Assembly: GCA_963777605.1 (NCBI GenBank)
Contig: CAVZRV010000011.1
Coordinates: 64,001 to 128,000 of the forward strand
Length of the DNA stretch: 64,000 nucleotides
Source: an uncultured Acidobacteriota bacterium
GTDB taxonomy: Bacteria > Acidobacteriota > UBA6911 > RPQK01 > JAPXNP01
Reading direction: 5' to 3'
Part shown: piece after piece, positions 10,871-19,708 of the stretch
Layout of the letters: each line of letters begins with the position of its first letter
How positions within the stretch are numbered: the first letter of the stretch is position 1
Program-made: the position numbers and the translations under genes
Notes under the pieces: model-generated
Seen by the model: only the letters and a program-made list of their open reading frames with translations
Told to the model about the DNA's origin: nothing
Databases searched by the model: none

Positions 10871-11145
10871 GACCTCTCGCATTAGTCCTTCACCCCGTCG
10901 CTCCCCAAAGGCCGGTGGAGGACGTCTGCTCCTCCCAACTGCCGGCACCCCATATCCAGCGGGGCTAAGTCTGACTTAATATCCTCGGAAATGAACAGGC
11001 AATGCACAATCCGTCGGGAACGGAATTCAAGGTAGGGAAAATCCTTAGATTTACGATGGTTGATTTGAGCCCAACGATTTCAAATTCAGATTACGATCCA
11101 CGATTCTTGTGGCATTCCTTGGTTATCTGATCGGGGAGAGTTTCG

Positions 11146-11410
11146 ATGAATCGACATCCGGGAATGGGCCACGCAAGAGGAATCGCTCCAGCCGGGAATT
11201 TCGGCTACTGTTCTTACGGGGGATACCGGGAAACGAAGGCCAGGGCAACCGGTTTCTTCCGGGTGGAGCAAACCGACGGCAGGTGGTGGCTCGTCGATCC
11301 GGACGGACACCGTTTTCTGTCGGTCTGCGTGCTCGGACTCGGTTCGCCCGGTTACTCAACACAGACAGCGCAGCGCAGCGATTACTTTGCCGCCCTGCCG
11401 CAGGTACGAT
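11146..11410 (+). pseudogene. Fragment of a GH50 (agarase-like) glycoside hydrolase
   Basis: YGGY...ATGFFRVEQTDGRWWLVDPDGHRFLS resembles the conserved start of the GH50 catalytic region; similarity is lost after ~85 codons. Confidence 0.7.
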
Positions 11411-11496
11411 CCAAACCACCTGAGCCTGGGCATGCGTTTCGGCGGCCAGCCGCCCGACTACCAACTGAGCGATTCGTTCTAGGCGAAACCAAAGGG

Positions 11497-11856
11497 TTAC
11501 CTCGCCTGCATCGTCGAGAGAAGGTGTTCTGCCTCCTCGCAGGTGAGAATCTTTTCGTCCAGCAGGGTTTGGACGAGCGCTGCAGCAGAGCCCCGGTAGG
11601 CTCGTTCTACAACGAACTTCAGGGTTGAACGCTGGGCCTGCTCCCGGGTCAGTTCCGCTGTGTAGAGTCGCGTGTTGGCTCGAAGCCTGGAATCGAGCAC
11701 CCCTTTTCGAGTGAGTCGAACCATGATCGTCTGGACCGTCTGGTAGGCCCAGTTCGTCTTTGGTTCCACGACCTCGAGGACATCCCGCACGCTGCTCTCA
11801 ACGGGCCGGTCCCAGACTGCATTCATCACCACCCACTCGGCATCAGAAAGCCGCAT
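11497..11856 (-). CDS. BlaI/MecI/CopY-family transcriptional repressor
   Basis: MRLSDAEWVVMNAVW...WAYQTVQTIMVRLTRKG winged-helix signature; AAGGAG RBS. Confidence 0.92.
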   Translation of the reverse strand: MRLSDAEWVVMNAVWDRPVESSVRDVLEVVEPKTNWAYQTVQTIMVRLTRKGVLDSRLRANTRLYTAELTREQAQRSTLKFVVERAYRGSAAALVQTLLDEKILTCEEAEHLLSTMQAR

Positions 11857-11959
11857 CACTCTCTCCTTGTCAGTCGTACCGAATACCACTGCACGTCGGA
11901 CACAATTCAGAAGGCTCAACAGCACTCACGGGAATCAGCGGTAATTATTGTGTCTGAGA

Positions 11960-11976
11960 TTGAACTGAATGTTCAA
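11960..11976. promoter_or_regulatory. Palindromic operator candidate TTGAAC-N5-GTTCAA
   Basis: Perfect 6-5-6 inverted repeat in the divergent region between the repressor and the cytochrome operon. Confidence 0.4.
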
Positions 11977-12171
11977 CAGAAAACAGCCAGGAACCAGGTA
12001 TTGGCATTCTTCCGACAGCTGGGACAGGAGATCGAACGGACCCGGAGGTGGGTCATTTTGACTCGTGCGGTGCCCGAATCGGGACCACCGAAATGAGCTT
12101 CATCGTCTCAACTCGTGGCGAAATTCCATAAATCATTCAGGATCAGCGAAATTAGAGGATCCCCGATGAAT

Positions 12172-12188
12172 CTGGAACGAAATTTGCG
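12172..12188 (+). promoter_or_regulatory. Sigma54 (-24/-12) promoter candidate for the cytochrome operon
   Basis: CTGGAACGAAATTTGCG versus consensus YTGGCACG-N4-TTGCW; exact GG-N10-GC spacing; AT-rich context ~90 bp upstream of the first gene. Confidence 0.7.
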
Positions 12189-12277
12189 TTTCCATTTTAT
12201 GCAAGTTAGAAGAATATTAAAAAGATACACATCTGGTAATGTCTACTCAACTGAACGAAGCTCACGTGGGAGTACCG

Positions 12278-13669
12278 ATGCAAGCTCATCGAAAGTACCT
12301 TTTCGACTCCTTTCCGCAAAGTTTCCGTTTGGTCAAAGCTCTTCCAATGGTCTTTGTCCCGGCAGTTCTGCTGTTCGTCTCGTTTGATACGGGCCTCGCC
12401 CGGCAGGCTGGAGGGCAAATTCAGATACCCGCAGACGGCTCCTGTGTTTCGTCAGAATGTCATCTCCAGATCAGCAAATTCACGAACCGCCACGCGGTAG
12501 TCGATGACTGTGTTTCGTGTCATGTAGAGACCGGCAAAGGACATTCGTTCGAACCGGTTTCCGATGTCGCCGCGCTTTGCACACAGTGCCACAGCGAATT
12601 GACAGCGCAGCCTGTCGTCCACCCTCCGGCCACCGATGACTGCACTGTCTGTCACCAGCCGCACGGGTCCGATGCACCCAAGCTTCTGGTCGATTCCAAC
12701 GTCGGGCAACTCTGCTTCTCCTGCCACGACTCAGAAATTGTCGAGAAACCTTACAAACATGGCCCGGCGGCGGCTGGAGCCTGCACGGTCTGTCACGATC
12801 CTCACTCGGCGCCTGAGAATAGTCTCGTGCGCGCACCCGTCGTCACACTGTGCGAGGGTTGCCACGTTGACATGGCGGAGCAACTGGCTGCGGCGTCTGA
12901 CGTCCATGACCCGGTGACCTCAGACTGCACGCTCTGTCACGATCCCCACAGCGGCCCCGAGCCTCGGATGATCGCTTCGAACGGAAGGAGGCTGTGCGAG
13001 ACCTGTCACGTCTCCCTTGCCAGAGCGGCCGACCAGGCTGCAGTGAAACACTCCCCGGTGGAAGGCCCGGACGGCTGCCCTCGATGTCACCAACCCCACG
13101 CCTCCAACGCGGCTCCGCTGCTGAAACAGTCGGAGATGGACCTGTGCCTGAGCTGCCACAACCGCCCTCTGCCCGAGGCTTCTCCGGAACTCGTCGACAT
13201 GAAGGACCTGCTCGCCAGAAACCAGAACTGGCATGGTCCGATCACTGAAGGGAGTTGCGTCGGCTGCCACGAGGTACACGGGGGAGAGCATTTCAGGCTT
13301 CTCGTCGACTCCTACCCGGCACGCTTTTACAGCGCCTTTGCGACCGAAAACTACGCTCTCTGCTTTGAATGTCACGAGGAAGCTGCAATCACCGAGCAGT
13401 ACACGACGTCACTGACAGGTTTCCGCGACGGAGATCTGAACCTGCACTACGTCCACGTCCGGAAGGAGCGCCGGGGAAGGACCTGCCGGGCCTGCCACGA
13501 AGTGCACGCCAGCCGCCAACCTCTGCATCTCAGAGACTCCGTGCCCTACGGAAGCTGGAACCTCCCGATCGGATTCCAGAAGAACGAAAACGGGGGCTCC
13601 TGCAGCCCCGGTTGCCACGAGCCGCTTCCCTACAATCGCGACAGCAAACCACAACGGACTGCCAGGTGA
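12278..13669 (+). CDS. 15-heme c-type cytochrome (paired-CxxCH type), probably periplasmic
   Basis: 13 CxxCH plus CVSSECH (CX4CH) and CSPGCH (CX3CH); hydrophobic N-terminal signal; GGGAG RBS before ATG 12278 (ORF is open from 12239). Confidence 0.93.
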   Translation: MQAHRKYLFDSFPQSFRLVKALPMVFVPAVLLFVSFDTGLARQAGGQIQIPADGSCVSSECHLQISKFTNRHAVVDDCVSCHVETGKGHSFEPVSDVAALCTQCHSELTAQPVVHPPATDDCTVCHQPHGSDAPKLLVDSNVGQLCFSCHDSEIVEKPYKHGPAAAGACTVCHDPHSAPENSLVRAPVVTLCEGCHVDMAEQLAAASDVHDPVTSDCTLCHDPHSGPEPRMIASNGRRLCETCHVSLARAADQAAVKHSPVEGPDGCPRCHQPHASNAAPLLKQSEMDLCLSCHNRPLPEASPELVDMKDLLARNQNWHGPITEGSCVGCHEVHGGEHFRLLVDSYPARFYSAFATENYALCFECHEEAAITEQYTTSLTGFRDGDLNLHYVHVRKERRGRTCRACHEVHASRQPLHLRDSVPYGSWNLPIGFQKNENGGSCSPGCHEPLPYNRDSKPQRTAR

Positions 13670-13672
13670 CCG

Positions 13673-14698
13673 GTGATGTGGATGGCGTTCTCTAGTGTCT
13701 TCAATGCGTCACTCCTGCTGACCCTGGTGTTGCCGCCAGCAGGCTTTCGGCAGATCCAGGCAGGGGACCCAGTCCCCCCGTTTTCCCTGCAGAAGCCCGA
13801 TGGAAAGATTTGGAACTACCCCCTCTCTGCTGCCGATTCGTCGAAGGTCCTGATCATCGCTTTCTGGCGCCCGGAACAGGACCGCTCGGCCTCGCTACTC
13901 GAGGACCTGCAACGGCTCTCCGGTGACGAAGGCGCCGCGAGTGTCCGCATCGTAGCGATCTGTTCGGGACCGGAATGCCCAAAGGAGGCAAAGGTTGAAG
14001 TGGACGGCAGATCCTTCCCCTACCCCGTCTTCCTCGATCCCAACCGGAGCGTCTACGGGATGTTCGGCGTCGTGGTAACCCCGTCAGTTGGATTCATCGA
14101 TTCCGCCGGCATTCTGCGTTTCGACTATGCCGGTTACCGGCGCGACTTTCTGACTACCGCCCGGGCCCATCGTGACCGGCTACTGGGAATGATCACCGCC
14201 GAGGAACACGAACTCAGAACGAACGGCGAACATGCAGCCGTTCCTGAGGTTGTGGCCGGGAAGGCGCTGGTCCGACTGGCGCTGAGGAGTCTTCGGGAAG
14301 GGAGTCCCGAAGTTGCCGAAGAACAGCTTCTAAAAGCCTGGAACGCGAATCCGCCCAACCGGGAAGCCGGAGCTGCACTTGCCTTTCTCCTCCTGGAACA
14401 GGGGCGAAACGACGAGACAATTGAAGTTTCGAACCGCCTCCTCGGGGCCTTTGCCGACGACCCGGAAGCCCTCGGAGCAAAGGGTTTGGCAATGATTCGA
14501 ACCGGCCGGTCCGGCGAAGGGGAACTCATGCTAAATCGAGCGGTCGATGAAGGAGCCGGCAACTGGCAAATCCTCCACGAAGCAGGCTTGTTGGCAGAAA
14601 AGGAGGGCAAATACCAGAAGGCGGCAGGACATTTCCGGGAAGCCCTGGAACAACTCATTCAGCAACGAGGCCGGACTGAACCTCCGGAAAATCAATGA
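13673..14698 (+). CDS. Exported redoxin (TlpA/ResA-like fold without CxxC) fused to TPR repeats
   Basis: GDPVPPFSL...VLIIAFW...FPYPVFLDP...FGVVVTP..FIDSAG redoxin pattern; C-terminal TPR-like helices (EALGAKGLAM, AAGHFREAL). Confidence 0.8.
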   Translation: MMWMAFSSVFNASLLLTLVLPPAGFRQIQAGDPVPPFSLQKPDGKIWNYPLSAADSSKVLIIAFWRPEQDRSASLLEDLQRLSGDEGAASVRIVAICSGPECPKEAKVEVDGRSFPYPVFLDPNRSVYGMFGVVVTPSVGFIDSAGILRFDYAGYRRDFLTTARAHRDRLLGMITAEEHELRTNGEHAAVPEVVAGKALVRLALRSLREGSPEVAEEQLLKAWNANPPNREAGAALAFLLLEQGRNDETIEVSNRLLGAFADDPEALGAKGLAMIRTGRSGEGELMLNRAVDEGAGNWQILHEAGLLAEKEGKYQKAAGHFREALEQLIQQRGRTEPPENQ

Positions 14699-14796
14699 TG
14701 TGCGAGAAATCGATGTGGGGCGTTGGAACGTGTTTCGAAGGCGTTCCAATTCCGATGCCTCAAACCAGTGGAACGCCGGGAAAAAGGAGGGAATCT

Positions 14797-15429
14797 ATGC
14801 CGATGGAAGGAAAATGGCCTTCTCGTCTTGTACTTGCAATGACGATCATGCTGGCAATCTCCACCTACGGGGTCGCCCAGATCACCGGAAGTGCGCATGA
14901 CTTCTCCAGCCGGAGCTGGAACAGCACCAACGAGATCTGCGTCGTTTGCCACACGCCCCATAATGCGGATACCAGCGTGACCGATGCACCGCTCTGGAAC
15001 CACCAGGTCACGAATGCGACGTTCACGGTCTATTCGGCTGCAACCCTTGACGCAGTCGTCGGCCAACCGGACGGCGCATCCAAGCTCTGCCTCTCCTGCC
15101 ATGACGGGACCATCGCCGTGGACAATTTCGGGGGAGCAACCGACGGGACGCACTTCATCGAGGGGCGATACAGTGTCGGCACCGACCTGAGCAACGACCA
15201 CCCCGTCTCGTTCACGTACGACAGTGCCCTGGCCAATGACGACGGTGGACTCTTCGACCCATCGTCCGCCATGTCCGGACTCGGTGGAACGATTGCCGAC
15301 GATCTGCTCATCGCAAACCGGGTTCAGTGTTCGTCCTGTCATGACGTTCACAACGGCTCGGGGGTGAACAATCTGCTGGTCAAGAGCAATGAAGGCAGCA
15401 CGCTGTGCCTGACCTGTCACAACAAATAG
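14797..15429 (+). CDS. OmcE-like tetraheme cytochrome c (candidate nanowire subunit)
   Basis: AAGGAGG RBS; signal peptide; four CxxCH; motif order SAHDFS / ICVVCHTPH / PLWN / TFTVYS / LCLSCHDG / GTDLSNDHPV / CSSCHDVH / GSTLCLTCH parallels Geobacter OmcE as recalled. Confidence 0.88.
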   Translation: MPMEGKWPSRLVLAMTIMLAISTYGVAQITGSAHDFSSRSWNSTNEICVVCHTPHNADTSVTDAPLWNHQVTNATFTVYSAATLDAVVGQPDGASKLCLSCHDGTIAVDNFGGATDGTHFIEGRYSVGTDLSNDHPVSFTYDSALANDDGGLFDPSSAMSGLGGTIADDLLIANRVQCSSCHDVHNGSGVNNLLVKSNEGSTLCLTCHNK

Positions 15430-15436
15430 ACGGTTC

Positions 15437-15540
15437 GGAGGGAGGCGCGTGCCTTCCTCCATCCCAGTGTCGGACATGCCAGTCAGACAAACGAAGTGGC
15501 AGGTCTTTCGGTCGGGCACGTCCTTATTCGTGCCCGACCG
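15437..15540 (+). other. Two stem-loops immediately downstream of the OmcE-like gene
   Basis: GGAGGGAGGC-gcgt-GCCTTCCTCC (15437-15460, one G.U pair) and perfect 12-bp CGGTCGGGCACG-N8-CGTGCCCGACCG (15509-15540); no U-tract. Confidence 0.75.
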
Positions 15541-15616
15541 CCCCCGTGGACTTTGAAATGAGAACGCTATCCCGAGGTCCGGAATCCGGGCCCCGGAGGT
15601 TGTCCTCGAGGAGTAG

Positions 15617-16738
15617 TTGACATTGTTCAGGAAGCCAGCATTCAAGATCGCAAGACAAACTCGCCCAAGCCGAATTGCAAGCGTTCGATGGCTGACGCCC
15701 CTGGCGCTCCTGCTTCCGGCAGTCTGGCTCCCCGGCCTGGTCGGTTCCCCACAGGACCGTTCGCCCGTTTTCTATCCCGAACCCCCAGAGACACCGCGAA
15801 TCCAGTTCCTTGCTACCTACAACTCCCAGCAGGACCTGGGGAAGAAGGTCGGCGGATTCCGGCGTTTTGTCCTGGGTGCGGAGCAGAAAGACGACGGGAT
15901 CATCCGTCCCTACGGTGTCGCGTTCTTCGACAACCAGATCTTTGTTTGTGACTCCCGTGCGGCGGCAGTGGGAATCTTCGATCTGAAGAAGAAGGAGTTC
16001 CGGCGGATGGGAAATCGTTCTCCGGGTCGGCTGAACCGCCCCATCAACATCGCCATCGACTCTGACGGGACGCGCTACGTAGCCGACACCGGCCACCGGC
16101 GAATCATGGTTTACGATCGCGATGACCGATACCTGAGGGCTCTGGGGGATCCGGACAAGCTGTCTCCCAGCGACCTGGTGATTGCCAAGAACAATCTCTA
16201 CGTTTGTGATGTCGACAACGGGCAGGTCGTCATACTGGACAAGCAGGACGGGACCGAACAACAGCGGATCGGCTCGAAAGGTGCCCAGGAGGGAGAGCTG
16301 TTCTTCCCCACCAACCTGGCCGTCGATCCGGACGGGAACCTGTACGTCGCGGACACCGGGAACGCCCGCATCGTTGAATTCGACAGGCGCGGTAAATTCA
16401 AATCCCAGTTTGGCCATTTCGGCGACCGGCCCGGGACCTTCACGCGTCCGAAAGGGCTCGCAGTGGACCGCAATGGGTACATTTACGTCGTTGACGCCGC
16501 CTTCGAGAACATCCAAATCTTCGATCGGAACGAACAGCTGCTTCTCTTCTTCGGAGGCCCGGGAAACGGCCCGGGAGGAATAAACCTACCCGCCCAGATC
16601 CTGATCGATTACGACCACGTGCCACTCTTCCAGGACAAGGTGGCTCCGGGCTACAAAATCGGCCATCTCATCCTCGTGACCAGTCAATACGGGGACAACA
16701 AGGTCAACGTCTACGCATTTCTGGAGCGAAACGATTGA
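15617..16738 (+). CDS. NHL-repeat six-bladed beta-propeller, exported
   Basis: GAGGAG RBS plus TTG; VFYPEPPETPRIQFL; repeats such as PTNLAVDPDGNLYVADTGNARI and RPKGLAVDRNGYIYVVD. Confidence 0.9.
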   Translation: MTLFRKPAFKIARQTRPSRIASVRWLTPLALLLPAVWLPGLVGSPQDRSPVFYPEPPETPRIQFLATYNSQQDLGKKVGGFRRFVLGAEQKDDGIIRPYGVAFFDNQIFVCDSRAAAVGIFDLKKKEFRRMGNRSPGRLNRPINIAIDSDGTRYVADTGHRRIMVYDRDDRYLRALGDPDKLSPSDLVIAKNNLYVCDVDNGQVVILDKQDGTEQQRIGSKGAQEGELFFPTNLAVDPDGNLYVADTGNARIVEFDRRGKFKSQFGHFGDRPGTFTRPKGLAVDRNGYIYVVDAAFENIQIFDRNEQLLLFFGGPGNGPGGINLPAQILIDYDHVPLFQDKVAPGYKIGHLILVTSQYGDNKVNVYAFLERND

Positions 16739-17316
16739 AGGAACCAGAAGTCCCCTACCGGAATCTGTTCCTGTCTGTGGTCCTGGTTCCGTGCCTGATC
16801 TTCATAGCCTGCACGGCCGGATGCGCGACCCGGGAGGCCCGCCATCGCACTCTGAACATCCTTTTCGATGGAGTTCCTCCTCTCGACGAGCAGGCTCCGC
16901 CGGATGTCCCACCGCCTTCGGATGACAAGGAATCCTCACCCGTTGTCGCCAGGGACTCGGCGTTCCACCTCCACGGTCCATATGCGGCACGGCGGTGCAG
17001 CGCCTGCCACGAAGCCACGTTCTCCAACCGGCTGACGGCTCCCAAAGAAACGATCTGCCTCAAGTGCCACGAACCCAGGGAGTTCGCACTCCCCTACCTG
17101 CACGGCCCTGCCGCAGCCGGGCAATGCGGAGCCTGTCACCATCCCCATCGCTCCAGGCTTCCCTACCTGCTTCTCGCCGATGGGGAATCTCTCTGCACGA
17201 CCTGCCATTCCCCGGAAACCTTTTCCGGGCTCGAGAACCACAAGTCCGAAATGAGCGAACGATGCCTGGGGTGTCACGGCCCTCACGGCGGTCAGGACAG
17301 GTACCTGCGACGATGA
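16735..17316 (+). CDS. Pentaheme cytochrome c lipoprotein
   Basis: Five CxxCH; lipobox-like TAGC; LFDGVP motif; TTGA overlap with the NHL gene. Confidence 0.88.
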   Translation: MKEPEVPYRNLFLSVVLVPCLIFIACTAGCATREARHRTLNILFDGVPPLDEQAPPDVPPPSDDKESSPVVARDSAFHLHGPYAARRCSACHEATFSNRLTAPKETICLKCHEPREFALPYLHGPAAAGQCGACHHPHRSRLPYLLLADGESLCTTCHSPETFSGLENHKSEMSERCLGCHGPHGGQDRYLRR

Positions 17317-19280
17317 AACGCGCAGTTCCCGACGCCCGGTGGATCATCGTCTCGACGGCACTCGTCCTGATCGTCTGCGCACCCTGCCTGGAGGGGCAGC
17401 AGGTGAGACCTTTTTCGCTGACCGACGAGCGGGACGGATTGATCGAGTTCCTGGTACGCCAAAAGAAGGATCGCCGCTCGAACAATCTCGTCGCCGCCTG
17501 GGATGCCCAGGAATTGGAGTTTATCGAACGAATCGGCTGGGGTTCCGGAGGATACGTTTACCATCCCTACTTCGTTAGTCTCCGGTTCTTCGCCCTCCTG
17601 GAACTCCACCAGGACCACTACTCGGGGTTCAGCTGGGACCGGCGACGGGACAACAAGGTGCTGCCCCAGGGCCGCTTCGACCTGACACTTCTCGAGACCC
17701 ATCCCTACACGTTCACGTTCTTCGGGAACCGGCAGGAGACGGAGATCGATCGGGCCTTTGCCCGCAGCTTCCCCCTCATGACCGAGACCCTTGGCGGGTC
17801 CTTCAATTACAAGAAAGGTCCCCTGCCCTTCAGGATGATCATCAGGCACAACCGGCGAAGAGGCTACGACGCAGGATCGGACATCAGCGACCGGACGGAA
17901 GAGATCCGAGCGGAAAGTCAGTACGCCATCAGCGACCGGTCCCGGGGAACCCTGCTGGGAGAGTGGATTGACATCTGGGAGGACGTCCAGGCCCGGCGGC
18001 TGGTCAGGATGGGATTCTCGACCAACAACGTGAGCTGGTTCGGTGCCGATCGGAGGCGGCAGTTGACCAGCAACTTCCGCACGAGCCGGCAGGAGTCGCT
18101 CGCGGACACTTCGTCCACGTCCTTCTCCGAGGCATTCGGCTGGCGGCATACGGATTCCTTTTCCACGAACTACCGCTTTCGCCTTGACCGAAACGAAATT
18201 GAGGCTCAAACCGTGAACACGGTCGAAGGGCGGGCGGCGGTCAATCACCAGTTGTATGAAAGCCTTACCTCTCGGTTGGATGGTTTCCTCATCAACCAGG
18301 ATGCCACCCAGGGAACCTCCAAACGATTCGGCGGCACTCTGACCGAATCCTATTCAAAAGGCCTGACCGACTGGGCTCGACTCGGACTTTCGCTGGGCCT
18401 GACATCCGAGACACTTTCCCGAGACCGGACCCAGGAACTGGCCCAGGTCGCCGACGAACCGCACACGCTCGTTGACGAGCAACCGGCTCAACTCGACAAC
18501 CTGGACATTGAACCGGCCTCGGTGATTGCAACCGACGACCGGGGTGCCCAGGTCTACTTCGAGAACGAAGACTACGTGCTGATCGTCCGAGGCGCCATCA
18601 TCGAGATCGTCAGGCTGGCACTCGGCAACATTCCCGACGGCGGTCTGGTGCTGGTCAGTTACCAATACCGACTCCAGCCGTCGAGCCGCGTCGCCACGCA
18701 CGGTGGCACTGGGGAAGCCCGAATCGCCCTTGGAAACTGGCTTTCACTGCGGACGGGGCTCAACCGGCTCAACCAGAGTCAGGAAGCCGGAAATCCGGGA
18801 GTCCGACTGGAAGCGTTGAAGCGGACCTACTCCGACCTGCGAGCAACCTGGCGGTGGATCTCTGCTGGAGTGTCCTACGACAACCGCGAGTCGCGGATCT
18901 CCCCCCAGCGCTCCCTCGCCGAGCACGTCACGCTGTCAGCTACTTCGGGCCGGGGCTGGCGGTATCTATTTTCAGCCCGTCACCAGTTCTCCCGGTACCC
19001 GGACGACAACGTTCATGTTCGGTCAGTCGGGTTCTTTGGGTCCCTGGCAATGCCGCTCGGCTTCCGAGGACGGTTGGAATGCGAGGGGCAGTGGCGGCGA
19101 GACCGCTGGCGGGGACAACCCGGCTTCAACGACCTCGATGACCGAGGGGTCAAGGTCAGTCTCGAGTGGCGGCTGGTCGATCTGATCCTCTCGGGCGGAG
19201 GCCGGCTCTCCAGAATACTCCGCGGCCCTCAAATAGACGACACGAGTCGGCTCTTTGTCAGCATCAGAAGGGAGTTTTGA
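17313..19280 (+). CDS. Outer-membrane beta-barrel (porin-cytochrome-type), ~655 aa
   Basis: ATGA overlap start; signal peptide; alternating amphipathic beta strands; C-terminal LFVSIRREF beta-signal ending in Phe; no CxxCH. Confidence 0.82.
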   Translation: MKRAVPDARWIIVSTALVLIVCAPCLEGQQVRPFSLTDERDGLIEFLVRQKKDRRSNNLVAAWDAQELEFIERIGWGSGGYVYHPYFVSLRFFALLELHQDHYSGFSWDRRRDNKVLPQGRFDLTLLETHPYTFTFFGNRQETEIDRAFARSFPLMTETLGGSFNYKKGPLPFRMIIRHNRRRGYDAGSDISDRTEEIRAESQYAISDRSRGTLLGEWIDIWEDVQARRLVRMGFSTNNVSWFGADRRRQLTSNFRTSRQESLADTSSTSFSEAFGWRHTDSFSTNYRFRLDRNEIEAQTVNTVEGRAAVNHQLYESLTSRLDGFLINQDATQGTSKRFGGTLTESYSKGLTDWARLGLSLGLTSETLSRDRTQELAQVADEPHTLVDEQPAQLDNLDIEPASVIATDDRGAQVYFENEDYVLIVRGAIIEIVRLALGNIPDGGLVLVSYQYRLQPSSRVATHGGTGEARIALGNWLSLRTGLNRLNQSQEAGNPGVRLEALKRTYSDLRATWRWISAGVSYDNRESRISPQRSLAEHVTLSATSGRGWRYLFSARHQFSRYPDDNVHVRSVGFFGSLAMPLGFRGRLECEGQWRRDRWRGQPGFNDLDDRGVKVSLEWRLVDLILSGGGRLSRILRGPQIDDTSRLFVSIRREF

Positions 19281-19282
19281 CC

Positions 19283-19708
19283 ATGAGATTCGAGTCGGAA
19301 TCAGCCAACAGAACGAACAGAGATGTTCCCTCCCTGATCCGACCTGCGCTGGTCGCGGTCACGATTCTGATAACCGCTTTGTCTCTCGTGACAACCGCCC
19401 TGATCTGCAAGCTGATTCTGCACAGGTCGCGAACCGGGATCGACCGGGCTGCCGAGATGCTGAACGCGATCGATCGACCCTCCGCGGTTTTGTGGACGGA
19501 TCAGGAACTCCTCGACACGAGGGTGATCCTCCAGGCTCGCCGGTCTATTGCGGAACGACTGTCCTCGTTCAGGAAGGCGTCCGATGAGCTGATACGGGGA
19601 GTTGAGGCCGCCAAGGCCGACCCGGCTAATGCCCTCAAATTTCTTCAAGATTCCGTTGACCGAGCCAGTCGAATCTCGGAATCGGGACAAAACCTCTTTC
19701 GACCGTGA
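19283..19708 (+). CDS. Hypothetical single-pass membrane protein with a helical domain
   Basis: One hydrophobic segment (ALVAVTILITALSLVTTALI); tightly coupled to both neighbours. Confidence 0.65.
   Translation: MRFESESANRTNRDVPSLIRPALVAVTILITALSLVTTALICKLILHRSRTGIDRAAEMLNAIDRPSAVLWTDQELLDTRVILQARRSIAERLSSFRKASDELIRGVEAAKADPANALKFLQDSVDRASRISESGQNLFRP

Noticed and set aside
14695-14796. N-terminal extension of the tetraheme ORF
   Set aside because: The AAGGAGG RBS and signal peptide point to ATG 14797; the extension covers a hairpin-containing intergenic region.
16995-17312. First ~106 aa of the 761-aa ORF
   Set aside because: Overlaps the pentaheme gene; the real start is the ATGA overlap at 17313.
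12278-19280. Assignment as MtrAB/MtoAB
   Set aside because: No decaheme MtrA-type protein is present; heme counts are 15, 4, 5 and 12, and the gene order differs.
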